Shown here one piece after another: positions 54,753-61,315 of a DNA stretch of 61,315 nt. Numbering within the stretch: the first letter of the stretch is position 1; each line of letters starts with the position of its first letter. Both the position numbers and the translations under genes were made by a program. The stretch spans positions 1 to 61,315 of the IMG/VR virus record IMGVR_UViG_3300020020_000031; one strand, given 5' to 3'. Below the pieces are notes generated by a model that did not search any database, was not told where the DNA came from, and saw only the letters and a list, made by a program, of their open reading frames with translations. The stretch is from a virus (taxonomy: Duplodnaviria > Caudoviricetes).

Positions 54753-55796
54753 GTGACGACCACGATTGACCTCAACAAGATGATGGCTAAGATCCAGGCA
54801 CTCCTAGCCAAGGCGGACGGCACCGAGTTCCCGGAGGAGGCTACTACCTACCGGGCCAAGGCCGAGCAGTTCATGCGGGACTACCGGATCGAGGAAGAGC
54901 ACCTGATCGCCTCCGACCAGGTAGAGATAGCGCCGGAGGTCCACGAGCTCTGGTTGGGCCCGCTGAAGGACGCTACCCGCGCCACCACCCGTGAGAATTC
55001 AGGCAACAGTTACTACCAGGAGTGGTACGCGCTAGCGTCCGGCGCCGCAAGGCACTCTGGGGTCATGATCCACTACCGTTGGAAGCGCAATCCCGACACC
55101 GGCGAGTACGGGATCTGGGCGGTCATGGTTGGCTACTCCGGCGACCTTCGGCTAGCGGAGTTGGTCTATACCAACGCCCGTATCGTCTTCGGAGAGCGGC
55201 TGGAGCCAAAGGTGGATCCTAGCCTCAGCGACCGCGAGAACGTGTATCGGCTACGGAGCGCTGGAATCACGCGCGACCGGGTAGCGGAGATGCTTTGGGG
55301 AGCGGCGCCCGGTACGCGCGCGGCTCAGGTAGGCGCGTGGTACAAGGAGGAGTGCGCCAAGCGCGGGGAGACTCCAGCGCTGGATGGTCGCGGGATCTCT
55401 GCTGCGCTCTACCGGGACGAGTTCGCGCGGTCGTTCGTGGATGAGCTAGACCGACGCCTCCGCGCGGCGCGCGATGCGGCGGATTCCGTTGGCGGCGCGC
55501 TAGTCCTCCACGGACGCGCGGAGCGGATTCAGGAAGCGTTCTGGACCGAGTTCCCGAGCCTCCGCCCGCAAGCCGCTACGGACTTGGCGGAGCGCGAGAC
55601 CTCCCCGGCTAAGCGCGGACGCGCCCCCAAGCCGTACTGGGAAACGGCAGCCTATCGCAAGGAGCAAGAGCGCCGTTACTCCGACGTAGGCCAAGCCGCG
55701 CGGAGCGCCGGTCGCGCTGCGGCTGCAGACGTTCCTCTAGACCGGACCTCCCCGGCCAAGCGGGTTAGTCGCCCCGTCGCGGGAGAGATCGGGTAG
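54753..55796 (+). CDS. DUF2786-domain protein
   Basis: KIQALLAKA.....EEA..Y.AKA..FM..Y.I. Confidence 0.8.
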   Translation: MTTTIDLNKMMAKIQALLAKADGTEFPEEATTYRAKAEQFMRDYRIEEEHLIASDQVEIAPEVHELWLGPLKDATRATTRENSGNSYYQEWYALASGAARHSGVMIHYRWKRNPDTGEYGIWAVMVGYSGDLRLAELVYTNARIVFGERLEPKVDPSLSDRENVYRLRSAGITRDRVAEMLWGAAPGTRAAQVGAWYKEECAKRGETPALDGRGISAALYRDEFARSFVDELDRRLRAARDAADSVGGALVLHGRAERIQEAFWTEFPSLRPQAATDLAERETSPAKRGRAPKPYWETAAYRKEQERRYSDVGQAARSAGRAAAADVPLDRTSPAKRVSRPVAGEIG

Positions 55797-55882
55797 AGCG
55801 CGCGGCTCGCGGACGCCAAAGGGCTTCGCGAGTCGTTGTGGGGAAAAGGAGGGGCGAGCCTAACCGGGCTCGCTCCTCCGAT

Positions 55883-55954
55883 TTTGCGTACGCGGATTTT
55901 TGGCGTACGCTACGGGTAGAGCGCCGGAGCGAGCCGACGCCAAGAGAGAGGGAA
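55883..55954 (+). promoter_or_regulatory. Early promoter-leader cassette
   Basis: TTTGCG-N17-TACGCT, GGAGCGAGCC, GAGAGAGGGA. Confidence 0.65.
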
Positions 55955-55958
55955 CGCC

Positions 55959-56369
55959 ATGAGAACCATGAGTTGGGATTGGAAAGAGCAGCCGGACTTC
56001 GACGAGCTATCTCGCCTCGTGACGGAGGTAGCCGGCAAGCCGATCAAGATCCGCAAGATCGAGACGGGAACGGATCTCTACGTCATCGCGATCTCCTCCG
56101 GGAGTGCGGCGCTGGAGCTCGGTGACGTCGTAGCCGTCCTTACCCACAACGGCGAGGTCGGCTACTTCGGAGAGGTCACGAGCCTCCCCGTACCCGGTAG
56201 TGACGCCGCTCTATTTGACCGGGGCAAGGTCGGCGTGTGGAACCCTGAGACCGATGAAGTTCACTACGTCGCGTCGGCCGACGGCGAGGGTATCCGGGAG
56301 GCTACGGAGGCAGAGAGCGACGCCTATATTGAGCGTTGGCTTGACTCTGACCCGGAGCCACGGCCGTAG
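55959..56369 (+). CDS. Hypothetical protein
   Basis: Has its own promoter, RBS and terminator. Confidence 0.7.
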   Translation: MRTMSWDWKEQPDFDELSRLVTEVAGKPIKIRKIETGTDLYVIAISSGSAALELGDVVAVLTHNGEVGYFGEVTSLPVPGSDAALFDRGKVGVWNPETDEVHYVASADGEGIREATEAESDAYIERWLDSDPEPRP

Positions 56370-56385
56370 GGTAAAGGATCTAGCG

Positions 56386-56412
56386 AGGGGCGCCCGCGGG
56401 CGCCCCTTTTTT
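56386..56412 (+). terminator. Rho-independent terminator
   Basis: AGGGGCGCC / GGCGCCCCT followed by TTTTT. Confidence 0.85.
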
Positions 56413-56586
56413 GCATCCGGTTACTCTACGTAGAATCTGTGCCGTGCAGGCCTCTAGGAGCCACGTACGTGGTTTGCGGTTTCGGACGTATCCGGTTATG
56501 CAGACCTCCTCGAGTTTGACCATGAGCTGAAAAAGTCGTTGCTACGCAAGCGAAGGATCTAGTGCAAAAGAATCTTGGCCGCCACC

Positions 56587-56655
56587 TTTGCGGGAGCCAC
56601 GGCATGGCGTACGCTTAGCCCGTATGGCGGGAGCGAGCCCGCCGAGAGAGAGGGA
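56587..56655 (+). promoter_or_regulatory. Early promoter-leader cassette
   Basis: TTTGCG-N17-TACGCT, GGAGCGAGCC, GAGAGAGGGA. Confidence 0.65.
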
Positions 56656-56660
56656 ATCCC

Positions 56661-56933
56661 GTGAATCTGAACGAGCTCATCGAGCGCCACGACGAGAAGT
56701 GCGAGCTCAACCGGGTGGACTGGCCGCAGTTCAAGGAGTGGACCGACCCAATCACCGGGAAGACTCACCCAGCCGGACCGTACCCGTGCCACTGCTTCGG
56801 CCGAGCGACCGGAATCCGCAAGGCCGAACGCGAGAATGCTCGCGTGGAGCGTGCTGCGAACGCTTGCCTGGAATGTTACGTAACGTTCCGGACTCCAGAG
56901 AACCTCATGCGCCACCTGCGCGTAGCCCATTAG
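56661..56933 (+). CDS. Small protein with a C2H2-type zinc finger
   Basis: CLECYVTF.....LMRHLRVAH. Confidence 0.7.
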   Translation: MNLNELIERHDEKCELNRVDWPQFKEWTDPITGKTHPAGPYPCHCFGRATGIRKAERENARVERAANACLECYVTFRTPENLMRHLRVAH

Positions 56934-57000
56934 CCATCCCATCCAGCAGCGAGTACCGTAACGACCAGAGGGGCGAGCGAGCGCTCCCGCGAGAGAGGGA
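56931..57000 (+). promoter_or_regulatory. Early promoter-leader cassette
   Basis: TAGCCA-N17-TACCGT, GGGGCGAGCGAGCGCTCC, GAGAGAGGGA. Confidence 0.7.
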
Positions 57001-57006
57001 ATTGAT

Positions 57007-57453
57007 ATGTACGGATCAGTCGTGAATCGGATCGTGGAGTCTGGCCGCTACCCCGAGATCGTTGTGGGCATGGGCGCTACCATCACCTACTGGAGCGACC
57101 GCTCCTCCGCTACCGTGGTAGCGGTCCGGTACGCCAAGGACGGCAAGAGCGTCAGGGAGATCGACACACGGGGCGACCACGTTGGCCCCAACAAGGTAAC
57201 CTGGCCGGGTCAGGACTACGACATTACTCCGGCTAGTACGGAGGTCTGCGATGACCGGTACATCCTTGATGATTGCGGCCACTCCGCCGATCACGCGAGC
57301 CACATCCCGGTACAGACCTGGCGGATGGACCAGCGCGGGAGACTCCGCAAGACCTTCATCAGCGAGAACGGGCGCCGCGTAATGTGCGCTCCGAACAACG
57401 GTCCCGAGATCGTCCTGGGTAGCCGTGACTACTATCAAGACCCGTCATTCTAA
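57007..57453 (+). CDS. Conserved phage hypothetical protein
   Basis: VGMGAT..YWSDR...TV ... G.R..Y.DPSF. Confidence 0.8.
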   Translation: MYGSVVNRIVESGRYPEIVVGMGATITYWSDRSSATVVAVRYAKDGKSVREIDTRGDHVGPNKVTWPGQDYDITPASTEVCDDRYILDDCGHSADHASHIPVQTWRMDQRGRLRKTFISENGRRVMCAPNNGPEIVLGSRDYYQDPSF

Positions 57454-57470
57454 AGAGAGAGGTAACTCCA

Positions 57471-57707
57471 ATGCAATGCTCGCGCTGCTCGGGGACCGGA
57501 CAAGAGCCGGGTGGCCCTACATCAGAACGTATCACCGAGACATTCCGTGGCGTTAACTGCAAGCGCCACGCCTACGCCTACCGGGACCAAATGAAAGCCG
57601 AAGGCTGGCGCGAGGCTTCATTCTCCGGAGTTAGCGGCGTGGGCGGGTACAAGTCCTGCTCTATCACGTTGGTCCGGTCTACCGTGGCGAGTACGCCAAC
57701 CGGGTGA
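57471..57707 (+). CDS. Hypothetical protein
   Basis: GAGAGG RBS; single CSRCSGTG motif. Confidence 0.55.
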   Translation: MQCSRCSGTGQEPGGPTSERITETFRGVNCKRHAYAYRDQMKAEGWREASFSGVSGVGGYKSCSITLVRSTVASTPTG

Positions 57708-57790
57708 TATCCCGGAACCCAAGCCATTAACGTTGCAACCCCAGTAGGATCAAGACAGAAGCGCCGACGGCGCCAAGAGAGGGAACCAAA

Positions 57791-58687
57791 ATGACTACCA
57801 CAGCGAGCAAGGCTGGCCTCCGGGCCAAGGCTGAGGCTACCCGGACCAAAGCGGCCCAGCGGACTCCGCTGCCTCCGAAGCCGGGAACACCGGAGCACCG
57901 GGACGAGCAAATTGCAGCCGGGCAGGAGCGCAAGCGCGTACGGCGCGCGGCCGAGGACGCCAAGACCGCCAACGAGCCCGCCCGTCGAGCGACGCGGGAC
58001 GCCAAGAAAGACGCAGCGACGGAGGCGCGGCGCGCCAAGGCGACCAAGCCTGCCAAAGCGCCCAAGCCGGATAAGGCGACCATCTACGCGGGAGAGATGA
58101 CCAAGCTAGGATGGCACCCCGAGGTCACCCGGCTGGACGGACTCCACGAGCTCATTGCTACGCGCGGGAATGAAGCGCTCTACCTGGCCTGGATGAACGA
58201 GGCCCACGTTCCCGGTACCTCTACCTACACCATTGCGGACCGTACCGTTAAGGTCCGCAATCCCGCTGAGGCTATGCGGGTCGCGGCTCTTAAGCCGACC
58301 GAGGCGAAAGCCGTTCAGGAGAAAGTCTCCAGCAACGTGTCGTTCCGTAAGCGCCCCACCGGGCCAACGATCCGGCGCATTCCCTTTGACGTAGAGACGG
58401 CCACGGAGGAGGAGTTGCGCGCCGCGCTGGAGGCTCACGAAATCCGCTGGCACAACCAGTACCGGGTGAACTCCGAAGAAGCCATCGTGGGAAGCGCCAA
58501 GAGCATCCACGTTTCGCGCCACAAGGCGGGTCACCGGATCGTGTCGTTCGTAGACCCTCAGTTCGGGTACCGCGCGCTCCGGCTGGAGCACCTGGAGAAT
58601 GTTGGCGCCAAGGTTAACCTGGCACATATCCGCCAGGAAATCCTGAAGTCACTCTCTCGCCCGGAGCGTAAGGCTAAGGCGGCGTGA
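57791..58687 (+). CDS. Hypothetical basic protein
   Basis: TAGGAT -10 at 57745 and AGAGAGGGA RBS; Lys/Ala/Arg-rich N-terminus. Confidence 0.75.
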   Translation: MTTTASKAGLRAKAEATRTKAAQRTPLPPKPGTPEHRDEQIAAGQERKRVRRAAEDAKTANEPARRATRDAKKDAATEARRAKATKPAKAPKPDKATIYAGEMTKLGWHPEVTRLDGLHELIATRGNEALYLAWMNEAHVPGTSTYTIADRTVKVRNPAEAMRVAALKPTEAKAVQEKVSSNVSFRKRPTGPTIRRIPFDVETATEEELRAALEAHEIRWHNQYRVNSEEAIVGSAKSIHVSRHKAGHRIVSFVDPQFGYRALRLEHLENVGAKVNLAHIRQEILKSLSRPERKAKAA

Positions 58688-58745
58688 GATCCGCAAACGG
58701 GGCGCTCCAACCGGGGCGCCCCTTTCGGCCGGGGAGGGAACCAAA

Positions 58746-59378
58746 ATGAGCATGGGTAGGGAAATGGTTAAGCGGCCGCCAAAGTGGCCATTAGATACTC
58801 TGGAGGCGTGCATCCGGGACTTCTTGTGGCGCCGCGCTCCGGGCGGAGGTCTTGACGTCTTGGCGGATGACATTCCCGGAATGTGCTTGGCTGCTACCAA
58901 TTTCTATGAAGCTGTTTGGCTCGCTTGCGCATCTAAGCGTATAAATGGAAAGATGCATCCCCACCAGACCAAGGTTAAGGCGGACGCGCGGCGCGAGTTT
59001 GGCTACCGGATCATAGAGCGCGGAAACCATATTCAGATTCTGGCTTTCGCCGGGACCCTAACCTTCGATCAGTTCCATGATGACCTCTGGGAGATTCGGC
59101 CGGAGGGGATCGGTCCGCTGACGGTCTATGACGTTGCAACGCGCGTGGGCGCGTACTTCCGTATAGAGCCAAAAGACATCTTCCTGCATACCGGTGCAAG
59201 GTTAGGATGGAACGCGCTTACGGGCGGAATGGCACGTGCTTACGGGGTGACTGCTCGCGTTCCCCCGGAGCGCTGGCCCGCGCCACTCCGCCAGCTAAGC
59301 GCGGACATGGCAGAAGACTTCTTGTGCGCCTACCGGGTACAGCTGGCCGGCCTAGCCATCCCGAACGCAGTGGAGTAG
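58746..59378 (+). CDS. Helix-hairpin-helix protein, possibly related to DNA glycosylases or base-modifying aGPT-Pplase families
   Basis: FDQFHD......GIGPLTVYDVATRVG...EP..IFLHTG, EDFLC. Confidence 0.5.
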   Translation: MSMGREMVKRPPKWPLDTLEACIRDFLWRRAPGGGLDVLADDIPGMCLAATNFYEAVWLACASKRINGKMHPHQTKVKADARREFGYRIIERGNHIQILAFAGTLTFDQFHDDLWEIRPEGIGPLTVYDVATRVGAYFRIEPKDIFLHTGARLGWNALTGGMARAYGVTARVPPERWPAPLRQLSADMAEDFLCAYRVQLAGLAIPNAVE

Positions 59379-59422
59379 AGTCAGGGTTGTGGGGCGAGCG
59401 AGCGCTCCGGAGGAGAGAGGGA
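59353..59422 (+). promoter_or_regulatory. Early promoter-leader cassette
   Basis: TAGCCA-N17-TAGAGT, GGGGCGAGCGAGCGCTCC, GAGAGAGGGA. Confidence 0.7.
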
Positions 59423-59427
59423 CCGAG

Positions 59428-60273
59428 ATGATTAAGTGTGGACACTGCCGGAGTAGCCACGGAACTGTGGCTAAGGTCCGCGAGTGCGCAACCAACGTAG
59501 CTACGACCGATACGGCTGGCCAGGCGCGGGAGCGCCGGGAGAGGCTGGAGGAGCTAGCACGCTCCGACGCACGAGCGGAGTTCAACGCAGAGGACGAGCG
59601 CGCGATGCATCGGATGGAAGCGGAGGGTGACCGCGCGGAGTCGCGCCGGGACTCAGCCGCTAAGGCGGCCAAGTGGGATGCGGAGATGCGCGCCTGGACG
59701 TTGACGGACGACCCGGCCGAGCTCCGCACGTTGGTTGCGCGGGTAGACCGGCTGTTGGTGACTCAGCAGATCCCGGAGGAGTACCACCGCTGGAGCCGCG
59801 CGATTCGCGCGTTGATCTCTGGCCAAGGGAACGTCAGGATCACCGAGTACGCTATGCGGTCCGCCAAGGAGCGGCTGGAAGCGTTCCCGGTAATGCTGGA
59901 GATTGATCCCGCTTATCCGTCTGGACGGGTGGAGAAGCCATGGTCCAATTCCCCCAAGGTTACGGCCGAGGGACTCTACCGGCTGGACGGGAACCTCTAT
60001 CAGGTGACGCGCTCCAAGGACTCCGACCGGCTATACGCCAAGCTGGTAACATTCCCGGAGGGCAAGAAGCGGCCCATCCTGACCTATGCCAAAGGTGCGA
60101 TCTTCCGCCTTCGTCCGGAGCACCTAGTCCCAATGGCGGAGGCCAATGAGCTAACCCAGAAGACCGGCTGGTGCGTCTTCGGCCACTTCTTGACCAATCC
60201 CGTTTCCATCGCGCGCGGTATGGGCCCGGTATGCTGGGAGCGCTACGGCGGATCGCACGAGAGCGTGGCCTAG
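59428..60273 (+). CDS. Protein with an N-terminal zinc knuckle and a C-terminal DUF6011-like domain
   Basis: IKCGHC...H.TV..VREC; LT.P.SIARGMGPVC. Confidence 0.75.
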   Translation: MIKCGHCRSSHGTVAKVRECATNVATTDTAGQARERRERLEELARSDARAEFNAEDERAMHRMEAEGDRAESRRDSAAKAAKWDAEMRAWTLTDDPAELRTLVARVDRLLVTQQIPEEYHRWSRAIRALISGQGNVRITEYAMRSAKERLEAFPVMLEIDPAYPSGRVEKPWSNSPKVTAEGLYRLDGNLYQVTRSKDSDRLYAKLVTFPEGKKRPILTYAKGAIFRLRPEHLVPMAEANELTQKTGWCVFGHFLTNPVSIARGMGPVCWERYGGSHESVA

Positions 60274-60275
60274 AC

Positions 60276-60401
60276 ATGGACTGGTTGCTGATTTCGATTC
60301 AGGCTTTTGCTATATTGGTATCTATCATCTCCATGATCCTGAGCGTGAAGGCTAATCGCATGAGTCGCAAGGCGGAGGCCATCTTGAGGAGGGACCGGTG
60401 A
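60276..60401 (+). CDS. Small membrane protein
   Basis: One TM helix; GTGA overlap with the helicase start. Confidence 0.5.
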   Translation: MDWLLISIQAFAILVSIISMILSVKANRMSRKAEAILRRDR

Positions 60402-61315
60402 GCGTTCGGGCGGAACTAGCCAAAAGCGGGAGGCGCATCTATCTCAGCACCAGCCGCCCGTTGGCGGGTCTGAAGATGGCCATTCCCGGAGCCGCGTTCA
60501 ACCAAGGCCGATATGGCAAGCCCTATTGGAGCCTACCACTCAGCATGCCGGTCTGCCGGCGCTTACGGGAGGAGTTCGGATCCGAATTGGTGATAGGTCC
60601 GGCGCTTTGGGATTGGGCTAAGACGGAACAAGCGAAGGCGGTCGTCATGTCTACCTTGGCGGCCGCGCGTGACGCTAATCTCCAGATAGTTCCTACGGTA
60701 GCGCCCCGGCTAGCTAAGGCGATGGCGTCCCGCACGTATCAGCGGGTAGGCGCGCGGTTCATAGCGGAGGCGCGCGCCAATGGGGCCGGCTGCCTAGTGG
60801 CGGATCAGCCGGGACTAGGCAAGACGCTGGAAGCGCTAGGCGGAGTGGTAGAGAGCCGGATTGCGGGACCGTATCTGGTTGTTACACCCAAGACCGCTAC
60901 CAATACGGTCTGGGGGGCGGAGATCCCACGCTGGCTGGAAGGCCAGATCGTGGTAACGCTCCCGGACGGAGACGTAACCCGCAACAAGATCAGGACTCCT
61001 CAGCGGGCTCGCCGGGACGCCGTACTGGACTCACTCGCTAGCAGCCCTAGATTGGACGCTACGTGGGTGGTGGTGCATCCTGAGGCCGTTCGTGCAAGGG
61101 TGTACTGGGTCTGCGGCGTATGTGGAAGCGAGACGCCTAAGAAGTATGGCCGGGTAGAGCTCAAGTGCGTTCATGACCCGGAACTCCGGAAGAACGACCT
61201 CGTGGTGCATGAGTACCCGCAGATCTTCTCTCGTGAGTGGGGCGCTGTGATCGCGGACGAGTCCGACCGCTCTCTCCTCCGGTTATCCGGCACGCCTACC
61301 CAAACGCGTCAAGGG
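60398..61315 (+). CDS. SNF2-family helicase, N-terminal part (continues into 1-1290 across the circular junction, about 689 aa in total)
   Basis: Not in the ORF track. Manual translation from GTG 60398 gives RTYQRVG (Q motif), LVADQPGLGKT (Walker A) and LVVTPK. 60398 to 61178 is 780 nt, in frame with position 1. Confidence 0.9.
   Translation, partial: MSVRAELAKSGRRIYLSTSRPLAGLKMAIPGAAFNQGRYGKPYWSLPLSMPVCRRLREEFGSELVIGPALWDWAKTEQAKAVVMSTLAAARDANLQIVPTVAPRLAKAMASRTYQRVGARFIAEARANGAGCLVADQPGLGKTLEALGGVVESRIAGPYLVVTPKTATNTVWGAEIPRWLEGQIVVTLPDGDVTRNKIRTPQRARRDAVLDSLASSPRLDATWVVVHPEAVRARVYWVCGVCGSETPKKYGRVELKCVHDPELRKNDLVVHEYPQIFSREWGAVIADESDRSLLRLSGTPTQTRQG
61178..61315. repeat. Terminal direct repeat, copy 2
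   Basis: Matches 1-138 at 137/138 positions. Confidence 0.97.

Noticed and set aside
1-61315. Integrase/lysogeny module, stop-codon recoding, or a diversity-generating retroelement
   Set aside because: No recombinase or reverse transcriptase motifs were seen. Genes translate full length in the standard code, and TAG serves as a normal stop.

Overview
The window is a complete, circularly assembled genome of a tailed (siphovirus-like) actinobacteriophage. Positions 1-138 repeat 61178-61315 with one synonymous mismatch, so the unit genome is about 61,177 bp. All supported genes are on the + strand and no integrase was seen. Gene order: SNF2 helicase (split across the ends), recombination genes, a nucleotide-metabolism/modification cluster, a split DnaE polymerase with a methyltransferase between its halves, ThyX, RuvC, MazG, primase-helicase, packaging, head, tail, lysis, and a block of promoter-leader early-gene cassettes. 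The main finding is a TIGR-Tas-like RNA-guided system. A nuclease-less IS110/Nop-domain protein (15284-16402) carries six dual-spacer guide units of the form CCA-N9-CGAWNCCCA-N9-CG (unit 2 has a degenerate central repeat). Each unit is closed by its own 10-13 bp stem whose sequence differs between units while pairing is kept. The units form two arrays of three with 60/63-nt, frame-preserving periodicity inside the protein's own open reading frame, and one array sits in the middle of the Nop domain. Secondary findings are a tRNA-like RNA with an extended anticodon arm, a candidate novel base-modification pathway, an overprinted nested gene, a +1 tail-chaperone frameshift, and a nested palindrome with iterons near the replication/packaging boundary. 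All calls come from motif reading by eye; no database searches were run.
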